Positions 51,677 through 59,496 of a DNA stretch of 64,000 nt are shown here, in pieces (the first letter of the stretch is position 1; each line of letters opens with the position of its first letter). Made by a program: the position numbers and the translations under genes. This DNA comes from an uncultured Bdellovibrio sp. (GTDB lineage: Bacteria; Bdellovibrionota; Bdellovibrionia; Bdellovibrionales; Bdellovibrionaceae), in NCBI GenBank assembly GCA_963932905.1, contig CAWVRN010000021.1:1-64000 (forward strand), in the 5' to 3' direction. The notes under the pieces are model-generated. The model was given only the letters and a program-made list of their open reading frames with translations, was not told the origin of the DNA and did no database searches.

Positions 51677-52386
51677 ATGAAGTTATTCATTTTTATATCT
51701 CTAATTTTTAATCTGGCAAACGCAGCAAAAGAAATCAGTATTACAATGGATGATCCTAAAGTGAAAGAATCGCCGCTAATGACAGCGAGCGAACGTAATC
51801 AGAAAATATTAGCTGCTTTAGACGCACATAAAGTCAAAGCTGCTTTGTTTGTTTGCGGAATGCGGATCGACAATCCTGAGGGTAAGGTTCTTCTTAAAAC
51901 TTGGGATGACAAAGGACACTTGATTGCCAATCATTCGTATTCACACCTGTATTTTCCGGGAAAGAAAAATACACTTGATGTTTTCAAAGATGATTTTAAA
52001 AAAGTAGAGCCATTTATTTTAGGTTTAAAAAACTTTACTCGTCTATTTCGATTTCCTTATTTAAAAGAGGGCGACACAAAAGAAAAGCGCGATGGTATGC
52101 GCGCTTTTGTAAAATCAAGCATACCTTACTTGTTCACCATAGTTTGCTAAATGCTTTGTTTCTAGGTGATGTGATTTCTGCGCTTAAAAAGGATGGCTGG
52201 AAAATCATTGCGGCCAAAGAAGCTTACAGCGATCCTGTGTATCAAACAGAACCAGATGTTCTGCCGGCGGGCGAAAGTATAGTGTGGGCGACCGCTAAAC
52301 ATCAGAATAAATACTCTGAACTCCTGCGCTATCCTGCTGAAGACGCCATGTACGAGAAAGAAAAAATGGATAAGCTGGGCTTATAA
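51677..52386 (+). pseudogene. Polysaccharide deacetylase with a frameshifting internal deletion
   Basis: ITMDD, ANHSYSH and FRFPYL, then a jump at 52111-52116 into IKHTLLVHHSLLNA in another frame; about 60 aa missing relative to the paralog at 30474. Confidence 0.85.
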
Positions 52387-52442
52387 GTCCATAAAAATTA
52401 TTTAGTAACGTTTCAGTGCGCTTGTACGATATGATGTAAGCA

Positions 52443-52502
52443 ATGAAGGCATTCGTCTTTTCTTTTATCTCTAAGTTTTTGCTAACCACCCCGCGCGGGT
52501 AA
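52443..52502 (+). CDS. Putative thrS leader peptide (19 aa, MKAFVFSFISKFLLTTPRG)
   Basis: Hand translation; tandem ACC ACC Thr codons near the 3' end; TATGAT -10-like hexamer 7 nt before the ATG. Confidence 0.6.
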   Translation: MKAFVFSFISKFLLTTPRG

Positions 52503-52535
52503 TATATTTCTTTCGCGTTACCTTATAGGTAGCGC
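52498..52535 (+). promoter_or_regulatory. Mutually exclusive leader hairpins (candidate attenuator)
   Basis: TTACC (52518-52522) can pair with GGTAA (52498-52502) or form GCGTTACC-TTATA-GGTAGCGC (52515-52535). Confidence 0.5.
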
Positions 52536-52603
52536 ACTCACGACAGTTGTTCGCATTTTTATAAAAACTAGCATTTAAAATTTAAAAACTTATGGAGATA
52601 TTT

Positions 52604-53821
52604 ATGTCTTTTCAATTTGATCATCGGCAGTTAGCCGATGAAATGGAGATCTTTTTTCTAAACGAAGAAATTGGCGCCGGTTTACCAATTTGGCTGCCCA
52701 ACGGGGTCGCTATTCGCGACAGTTTAGAGTCATTTATCAAAAACTTAGAACGCAAAGGTGGTTATCAACGGGTAGTGAGTCCACATTTGGCCAAAGGCAG
52801 TCTTTACGAACGGTCCGGTCATTTACGTGCGTTTGATGGAAACATGTATCCACCATTAAAAGGAATCGATGAAAACAACGACTACTATTTAAGACCGATG
52901 AATTGCCCTCATCATCACAAAGTTTTCGGATCAGGTTTGCGCAGCTATCGACAGTTGCCATTAAGGATTGCTGAATATGGACAAGTCTATCGTTTTGAAA
53001 ACAGCGGATCATTAAAAGGCCTAAGCCGCGTACGTGGACTCTGTCAGAATGATGCCCATATATATGTCGATCCATCAGATGCAAAAAAAGAAATTATGTC
53101 TGTGCTGGAATTACATGAACATTGCTATCGCGCCCTTGGATTAAAGGGCTACCGTTATCGACTATCTAAATCGGATCCAAATCGACCTGGTGATTTCGAT
53201 GGACCGCCGCAGCTATGGCAAGAATCAGAAGATATTTTACGTCAATGTTTAATAGAAAAGAACTTACCATATTTTGAAGCGGACGGCGAAGCTGCGTTCT
53301 ACGGACCCAAGATTGATGTTCAAATGCAAATGAGCAGCAGCCAAGAAGAATCGATGGCAAGTATTCAACTTGATTTCAATTCCGCAGATAAATTTGATCT
53401 TAATTTTGTTTCTAGTTCTGGAGAAAATCGCAAGCCTTGGATTATTCATCGTGCTCCGCTGGGTAGCCATGAACGATTTGTGGCACTGCTTTTGGAATTT
53501 TTCGATGGTGCATTGCCGGGTTGGTTGTGTCCGGTACAGCTTTATATTTTACCAATGAATGATGATCACTATTCTTTCGCGAAAGAACTAGCAGATGATT
53601 TAGCTGATAAAGGTATCCGCGTGGTTGTGGATAGATCTGTGGGAAGCTTGTCGAAACGAATTTTGTTTGCTCATAAATATCGGCCGCTATTTAAGTTAGT
53701 GATTGGTAAAAATGAAATTTCATCAAGAGAATTTTCGATGCAAGGACGTGATGGAGATCGTGTTGTGTATCAACAGCAGATCGCTGAGTTTCTATTAAAA
53801 AGAATTGCTATTCCCGAATAG
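52604..53821 (+). CDS. thrS: Threonine--tRNA ligase, short form lacking the TGS and editing domains
   Basis: Begins at DHR; RPMNCPHH, YRFENSG..GL.RVR, NDAH, AAFYGPKID, IHRAPLGSHERF; anticodon-binding domain; GGAG RBS before 52604. Confidence 0.93.
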   Translation: MSFQFDHRQLADEMEIFFLNEEIGAGLPIWLPNGVAIRDSLESFIKNLERKGGYQRVVSPHLAKGSLYERSGHLRAFDGNMYPPLKGIDENNDYYLRPMNCPHHHKVFGSGLRSYRQLPLRIAEYGQVYRFENSGSLKGLSRVRGLCQNDAHIYVDPSDAKKEIMSVLELHEHCYRALGLKGYRYRLSKSDPNRPGDFDGPPQLWQESEDILRQCLIEKNLPYFEADGEAAFYGPKIDVQMQMSSSQEESMASIQLDFNSADKFDLNFVSSSGENRKPWIIHRAPLGSHERFVALLLEFFDGALPGWLCPVQLYILPMNDDHYSFAKELADDLADKGIRVVVDRSVGSLSKRILFAHKYRPLFKLVIGKNEISSREFSMQGRDGDRVVYQQQIAEFLLKRIAIPE

Positions 53822-53902
53822 AATATAATTTTTAATCGAGACTAGACTGACGATAATTTCCCGCCAAAAATATTTTTTGTGGTTTTTTGCCACAAGGCAA
53901 AA

Positions 53903-53944
53903 GCTCAAGTCTATCTAATCGAAATAGACTTGAGCCGGTTTTTT
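53903..53944 (+). terminator. Hairpin with T-tract downstream of thrS
   Basis: GCTCAAGTCTAT-N9-ATAGACTTGAGC followed by CGGTTTTTT. Confidence 0.6.
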
Positions 53945-53993
53945 GCACTCACTTTATGTGGATATTCTAACGTCATATAAATAAGGAGTGTTT

Positions 53994-54203
53994 ATGGAAA
54001 ATGAAATTATCCCAACAATTAAAGCTACTGACCGTGATAGTCGTTTAAATGCAGGCAATCGTTCCGATGAAAAAGAGAAAGATGACAGCGGCGTAAAACT
54101 ACCGGAAAAAGATCTGGTGATGAAACGTCCACCAGCGGGCCACGCGCCAGATCCATCACGAAAACAAGAAGAGACTGATTCATCGGAAATGAATCAGCAC
54201 TAA
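53994..54203 (+). CDS. Small hydrophilic hypothetical protein
   Basis: AGGAG RBS; charged, likely disordered, 69 aa. Confidence 0.55.
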   Translation: MENEIIPTIKATDRDSRLNAGNRSDEKEKDDSGVKLPEKDLVMKRPPAGHAPDPSRKQEETDSSEMNQH

Positions 54204-54239
54204 CGGAAAGTGTAACAGGAAAAGTTCTAGGAGATAAAT

Positions 54240-54512
54240 ATGAATATCATAGTATTTCTTCTGGTCGGTTTATTAGCTGGCTGGATAGCAAGCTCATTGA
54301 TGAGGGGCGAAGGCCTTGGTATTTTAGCTGACATCATAGTTGGTGTGATCGGTGCGTTCGTTGGTGGATTTATCTTTGAAATGGCCGGTGTGGGCATCTA
54401 TGGATTTTGGTCAGCCCTAGGCATGTCGGTAATAGGCGCTATGGTTTTTTTGTTTATCGTCGGACTTTTCTCTGGAACTTTAAATACGCGGCACACGCTA
54501 AGGAAGTTTTAA
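54240..54512 (+). CDS. GlsB/YeaQ/YmgE family stress membrane protein
   Basis: VGLLAGWIAS..M.G.G.G...DIIVGVIGAFVGG. Confidence 0.92.
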   Translation: MNIIVFLLVGLLAGWIASSLMRGEGLGILADIIVGVIGAFVGGFIFEMAGVGIYGFWSALGMSVIGAMVFLFIVGLFSGTLNTRHTLRKF

Positions 54513-54595
54513 AGTGGACATGAAGAAAAAAATTAAATTTCAGATGCTACTTCTTTCATTGAAGATGGTTATTATTGCTTATAACATTAAAACCA

Positions 54596-54874
54596 ATGAA
54601 CGACGAAAACAAGCCAGCACAAGAAATACCGATAGAAATTACGCCTAGTCAGTTATCACCGGATGCTTTAAACGGAATTATCGAAAACTTCATTCTGCGC
54701 GAAGGAACCGACTACGGAGTTGTTGAAGTTGAATTTGAAAAAAAGAAAAGTCAGATTCAAAAACAAATAGATCGTGGCGATGTTAAAATAGTCTACGATC
54801 AAAGCACTGAAACGGTCAGTCTATTAACAGCTAACGATTTTAAGAAATTACAAAAAAAAATGGACCCGATTTAG
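54596..54874 (+). CDS. YheU (UPF0270) family protein
   Basis: LSPDALNGIIENFILREGTDYG signature. Confidence 0.9.
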   Translation: MNDENKPAQEIPIEITPSQLSPDALNGIIENFILREGTDYGVVEVEFEKKKSQIQKQIDRGDVKIVYDQSTETVSLLTANDFKKLQKKMDPI

Positions 54875-54885
54875 GGCCCATTTTT
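54856..54885. terminator. Probable bidirectional terminator
   Basis: AAAAATGGACCC-GATTTA-GGGCCCCATTTTT (imperfect stem) between convergent genes. Confidence 0.55.
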
Positions 54886-54909
54886 CATTTAGCTATATAA
54901 ATCTAAATA

Positions 54910-56112
54910 TTATCTTAAAAGATCAGAACAACGGCTCATGCGAGCTACGTTGCCTAGTGCGTAGTTACGAGCTTCTGCTTGGCTTAAGTACAAACCATTG
55001 TATGAAGTAGCGAATTGGTATTCTCTGTTGAATTGATCCCACATCATTTGGATTTGAGATGAATTTTCACAGTTGTTTCTGTCCACCCAGTTACGAGCAA
55101 TACGACCAGCTTCTGATTGAGATTTGTAAAGACCATTGTACGAAGTTACAAAGTTTTTCAATTTAACAATCGTATTTGTCATTTCGGCTACATCAGAAGT
55201 AGTTAGATATTCGGCTTTTTCGGCAGCGTAGTTACGAGCTTCAGATTGGCTTAGGTATAAGCCGTTATATGAAGTTGCTAATGACAATGCCGCTTGGAAA
55301 CGTGATGAGTATTCAGTGATAGTTCCGCAACGGTGTTCACGGTTGTATTCCATGGCCCAACGAGTGGCTTCAGACTGTGATAAATAAGGTCCGTTGTAAG
55401 AAGCTGCAAATTGCTTAGCGATCATAAATTGCGAGTGATCGTAGTCTTGGCAATATCCACGCAACGAAGCATAGTTATAATTTGGAGTAGGAACTACCAC
55501 TGGTGGGCGGGGACTTGGGCGTACTGGTTCAACGGGACGAACTCTTCCTCGACGACCGTTGTTGCCAACAACGACTGTTTCATTGCGAACTGAAGAACCG
55601 TCTCTGAAAACAACTTCAGTTGAAGTTACTTCTCTCCAAGATCCGTTAGCGCTTGAGCATGCGATACCTGTTTTAGTCTCTGTTTTTTGACGAGTGATGA
55701 TTGTTGATTCATATTCACGGCAGATTTCGCGTGAATTTGTGCGTAAGTAACCTTCACGAGTTGTTCTGAAGTTACCACGTGCTCCGGTTCTAGAACCGTA
55801 GTTGTTTCCATCCCAGTCAGTTCTCTGACCGATTGGGCGACGGAAAGCATCTCGTTGTGCTTCTTCTAAGGCGCGGCGATCGTTGTTATCTAAATCTCTA
55901 CCGATATCAGCACCTACAACAGCACCTAAGATAATTCCTATACCAGTAGCAACAGTTTTACCGTTACCTTTACCAACTTGATTACCTAAAATTCCACCAA
56001 CAATAGCGCCTAAGATAGCTCCGTTGTCCTCTTTGTCAGCTAAAGCTGTGAAACTTACACTTGTAGTTAGCATTGCTGCCACTAAACTTAACGTTAAAAC
56101 ACTGCGATTCAT
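54910..56112 (-). CDS. Secreted glycine-zipper / 17-kDa surface-antigen-like protein with four C-terminal repeats
   Basis: GAILGAIVGGILGNQVGKG.G glycine zipper; CREY...G.AC....GSW domain; Pro linker; 4x SYNG.Y.SQ.EA. Confidence 0.8.
   Translation of the reverse strand: MNRSVLTLSLVAAMLTTSVSFTALADKEDNGAILGAIVGGILGNQVGKGNGKTVATGIGIILGAVVGADIGRDLDNNDRRALEEAQRDAFRRPIGQRTDWDGNNYGSRTGARGNFRTTREGYLRTNSREICREYESTIITRQKTETKTGIACSSANGSWREVTSTEVVFRDGSSVRNETVVVGNNGRRGRVRPVEPVRPSPRPPVVVPTPNYNYASLRGYCQDYDHSQFMIAKQFAASYNGPYLSQSEATRWAMEYNREHRCGTITEYSSRFQAALSLATSYNGLYLSQSEARNYAAEKAEYLTTSDVAEMTNTIVKLKNFVTSYNGLYKSQSEAGRIARNWVDRNNCENSSQIQMMWDQFNREYQFATSYNGLYLSQAEARNYALGNVARMSRCSDLLR
54960..55412 (-). repeat. Four ~44-aa protein repeats
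   Basis: FAASYNGPYLSQSEATRWA / LATSYNGLYLSQSEARNYA / FVTSYNGLYKSQSEAGRIA / FATSYNGLYLSQAEARNYA. Confidence 0.9.
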
Positions 56113-56155
56113 TTTGGCTCCTTTAAATTATGAATTGAGTACGGGGAGGTACTAA

Positions 56156-56171
56156 AGCAAACAACGGGCCT
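56156..56171 (-). promoter_or_regulatory. Putative sigma54 promoter of the repeat protein gene
   Basis: AGGCCCGTTGTTTGCT (GG-N10-GC) 43 nt upstream of the ATG. Confidence 0.5.
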
Positions 56172-56383
56172 GGATATTTTGGCACTAGGAAAAAAATCTA
56201 TAAGTTAAGTAGTCGCCGATGAAAATCTTGAACAAACAAGCAGTTGAGTGATTTTCATTTTGCAAAAATGAGCGAGAAAATCGAACAAGTACCTTTGACT
56301 GACGCGATATGTTGAAAAACTTTCAACCGAGATAGAACATAAATACAGTGCAATTTTAGCCCCAGTTACAGGCGTTGACTGAT

Positions 56384-56773
56384 TTAATTCAGAGGTTTCC
56401 AATTTAAATCTGGATGTCGTTTACCCGTATTAAAGAATTCTTTAATCACACTATAAGTAGTGAAAGGATCCATAACCATTTCAGGTGGGAACTTGCCGAC
56501 CGTGTGGCCTGTTCGAATCAGGATAATGTCGCCGCCTCGATTCATCGGGTTGTTAAGTTCGTAAAATTTACTATTATCGGAAAACATCACTATATATCGT
56601 TCGCGTCCACCAGAAACCGTTAGAATATTTTGATTAGAATAAACCAGACATAGATTCACATATTTCTCGGCATCTAGTTTTAACATTAGTGATTCTAGTT
56701 CGGCGGCACTTTTAGCGACACCATCTTCTGATTCTAATGATCCATTTTCTAAATATTCTAACGTGTATTTCAT
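56384..56773 (-). CDS. Imm1-like immunity protein
   Basis: About 130 aa with L.V.GG..RY and the C-terminal EFFNTGKRHPDLNW pattern. Confidence 0.6.
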   Translation of the reverse strand: MKYTLEYLENGSLESEDGVAKSAAELESLMLKLDAEKYVNLCLVYSNQNILTVSGGRERYIVMFSDNSKFYELNNPMNRGGDIILIRTGHTVGKFPPEMVMDPFTTYSVIKEFFNTGKRHPDLNWKPLN

Positions 56774-56776
56774 AAC

Positions 56777-57451
56777 CTACTCAGTCGCGGAATCTTCTAC
56801 TTTTTGTTTTTCCATTTTCGGAGGGGGTGGAGGATTAATGCCTTTCATTGGTGGTGGTCGATGGTCTTTTTTTGAAGACTCGATAATTTTAGCGATTTCT
56901 GGATCTGGTTTTTTATCTACTTCTTTCAGGACATCGGCGATGCGATTTAAGTTAGATGTCCAGTCGCTAAAAATGATTTGGTTGGTAGCAGAGTGAACAT
57001 TCATCTCGCCGTCTTTTGAAGGAAGGATGCGCAAATCACGAATAGCTGATTCTGCTGAAATATTTTTGAAGGTATATATCCAAGAGTACATACGTTCCGG
57101 TTTCAATGACGGTCTTTGAGTGCTGACCTCGATTAGGTCGCGTTGAATATTACGACCCGTTTTAACGACCATCGTGTCGCCTTGCTTGCTGATGCCAAAG
57201 CCATTGATGGCTAGAGCTGATGAAAGTTGGTTGAAGGCGTCTTCTATGGTTACTTCTTCTTGAATAAAAATAGAAACGCGCCCGCGAACGCCAGGGTCGA
57301 CTACAAATTTCTGTCCAGATGCTTTGGAATATTTCTCGATAATTTTGACGATCTCTTCATTATTAAAATACATTTTCATTTTAGTATCAGCGGCAAAAAC
57401 AGAGAGAGATAAGAAAGATATAAATCCTACTAACACTGCGGACATTTTCAT
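56777..57451 (-). CDS. Stand-alone secretin N-terminal (GspD N0-N1-like) protein
   Basis: Signal peptide; F.N.EI..II...SKASGQKFVVDPGVRGRVSI; TNQIIFSD..SNLNRI...LKEVD; no secretin barrel. Confidence 0.8.
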   Translation of the reverse strand: MKMSAVLVGFISFLSLSVFAADTKMKMYFNNEEIVKIIEKYSKASGQKFVVDPGVRGRVSIFIQEEVTIEDAFNQLSSALAINGFGISKQGDTMVVKTGRNIQRDLIEVSTQRPSLKPERMYSWIYTFKNISAESAIRDLRILPSKDGEMNVHSATNQIIFSDWTSNLNRIADVLKEVDKKPDPEIAKIIESSKKDHRPPPMKGINPPPPPKMEKQKVEDSATE

Positions 57452-57523
57452 AAACTACTCCTTTTTATTTTTAGATTACAATAGGGTAGCGAATCTGTTC
57501 CTAGCCTCCAAGTCAGATTCTAG

Positions 57524-58660
57524 ATGACAACGTTTGTTAATAAAACTAGCGTTTATGAGATGGAAATTGAAAGTAATTGGAAACGCATTCCTAAAACTTC
57601 GGAAAGCAGGACGGAAAATCGACTGACTCAACCATTGCATTCGTATAAAGTTTTTAACAATCCAAACATTGTTACAGAAGCTTGGTATCCCGTTGTTCCC
57701 AGCAGAAAATTAAAAAAACTGAAATCGCATTCATTTAAAATAGGTTCGCAAAGGATCGTAATTTTTCGCGGAGATGACAGTAAAGTCAGAGCCATGGATG
57801 CGTTCTGCCCTCATATGGGTGCAGACCTTGGTCGAGGAGAAGTGACGGGAAATGAAATTCGCTGTTACTTTCATCGCTGGAAATATGATGGTGAAGGGAA
57901 CTTAAATGAAATTCCCTGTAAATCTAAGTTACCTTTTAATTTGAAAATTCAAAATTATGATTCTGAAGAAGCTTATGGTTTCATCTGGGTTTATTCAGGA
58001 AAGAAAGCGCCTTACCCGGTGCCAAAACCAGCCGGCTTAGAAAATGTCGAAGTCGAAGGTCGTCTATTATTAAAGACGAAATTATTTGTACATCATCATG
58101 TTTTGATGGCTTCGGCAATTGATCTGCAACATTTCTCTAGCGTTCATAACCTGCACGCCGATTTCAAACATGAAATCGAACAGCCGGTAGAAGATAATTT
58201 CTATTGGAAAGTAACTGGTAAACTAGATAATAACGGCATTCGAAATAAATTTGCACGGTGGTTGCTAGGTAGCGAGTTTGGTTACCGTGCGGTATTTGCA
58301 GGCGGATCTATCGTTGCGTTGACGTATGGAATTGATCCACATTTCAGGGGTGATCTTAATAATTTCAAACTGCCAACATTGCACGTATTGTGGGGTTGTC
58401 TACCTGATGAATCAGGAATCAGCGATGCCTATGTGTTTGTAATTCAAAAAAAATCTTTGGGTTTATTTGGCAAAGTGAAATCACTTCTGCAATTCGGATT
58501 GAGTGTTGGTTTATTAGCATGGCTGAAAGATGATGATGTGAAGGCCTTTCCTCGTATGCGCTTTCAGGCTCAGAATTTAATTGATCTAGATGGCTCTGTT
58601 GGAAAATTAATTTCATTAACGGAAAAACTAAAGGTGTCGGCGTGGTCTTACAAAAATTAG
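57524..58660 (+). CDS. Rieske [2Fe-2S] non-heme iron oxygenase
   Basis: CPH-x16-CYFH Rieske motif; DLQHFSSVH iron-binding motif; late DDD. Confidence 0.9.
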   Translation: MTTFVNKTSVYEMEIESNWKRIPKTSESRTENRLTQPLHSYKVFNNPNIVTEAWYPVVPSRKLKKLKSHSFKIGSQRIVIFRGDDSKVRAMDAFCPHMGADLGRGEVTGNEIRCYFHRWKYDGEGNLNEIPCKSKLPFNLKIQNYDSEEAYGFIWVYSGKKAPYPVPKPAGLENVEVEGRLLLKTKLFVHHHVLMASAIDLQHFSSVHNLHADFKHEIEQPVEDNFYWKVTGKLDNNGIRNKFARWLLGSEFGYRAVFAGGSIVALTYGIDPHFRGDLNNFKLPTLHVLWGCLPDESGISDAYVFVIQKKSLGLFGKVKSLLQFGLSVGLLAWLKDDDVKAFPRMRFQAQNLIDLDGSVGKLISLTEKLKVSAWSYKN

Positions 58661-59427
58661 AATTACATGAATGGTTCTTGGCCTATCAGTTGGACCATAT
58701 CAAACGGAAATGTAATCATTTGCCTGGGCAAATTCAGCTAGACATTTCGGCGCATGCCGATTTCTATGAAAAGCGTGGGCAAAAAATTCCAATCAATGCT
58801 TTATTTTTAAAACTGGTAGGTAAATGGGCTGCAGAAAATCCAAGTGCTCATAAAATGTTATTTAGAACTTGGTCCGGATGGAAGTTTCTTTATGGGGACG
58901 AGATCAGGATAAATATCCCATTAGAAATTAAACACAAAGATCGATCGATCATTACGGCAATAGTTATCAAAAACCCTCAGAACAAATCTGTCGATGAAAT
59001 CAACCAAGAGATTAGAATGGCGAAAGAGAAATCTGTCGACCATTTTCCAATCACTAAGTTTGCTAACTTCAAACCCAATACGTTTTATAATCGGTGGCTT
59101 CTAAAAGGTTTGCACACGTTAATAAATGCATGGCCATCCTTGTATTGGAAAAAAGGCGGCGGTTGTTTAAGTGTGTCCTCGTTGTCAAACTTGGCAAAAA
59201 CAGGAACTCTGTTCTCGACATATTCATTTGGTCCGACGGGGTTTACATTTTTTTATAAAGATATTGTTAGGCAGAATGAAAAAACCTACCTAAACCTTAG
59301 TATAGCTGTTGATCACAATTGTTATACAGGAATTGAAATGGTTAATCTGATGAATCGCTTTATTGACTGTGCCCAGACCGGCGAACAAAAAAACTTTAGC
59401 AAGTTAACACAGGATGTTCATATATAA
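58642..59427 (+). CDS. Stand-alone 2-oxoacid dehydrogenase E2 / CAT-like acyltransferase domain
   Basis: VIKNPQNKSVDEINQEI, GG.LSVSSL and LSIAVDHNCYTG resemble the E2 catalytic domain; no lipoyl domain. Confidence 0.6.
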   Translation: MVLQKLELHEWFLAYQLDHIKRKCNHLPGQIQLDISAHADFYEKRGQKIPINALFLKLVGKWAAENPSAHKMLFRTWSGWKFLYGDEIRINIPLEIKHKDRSIITAIVIKNPQNKSVDEINQEIRMAKEKSVDHFPITKFANFKPNTFYNRWLLKGLHTLINAWPSLYWKKGGGCLSVSSLSNLAKTGTLFSTYSFGPTGFTFFYKDIVRQNEKTYLNLSIAVDHNCYTGIEMVNLMNRFIDCAQTGEQKNFSKLTQDVHI

Positions 59428-59496
59428 ACTGTTTAAACACAACGGTGTATTGGCTATACTCACAGTATTGAAAAATAAAATATACAAGGAGCGTAT

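Noticed and set aside
52390..52603. T-box riboswitch upstream of thrS
   Set aside because: No AGGGTGGNACCGCG T-box consensus or recognisable stem I; a uORF explains the region better
54960..55412. DNA repeats as a possible CRISPR or DGR element
   Set aside because: They are in-frame coding repeats with synonymous divergence; no cas or reverse transcriptase gene is present
56205..56402. 65-aa - strand ORF
   Set aside because: No RBS or motif; more likely the upstream regulatory region of the repeat-protein gene
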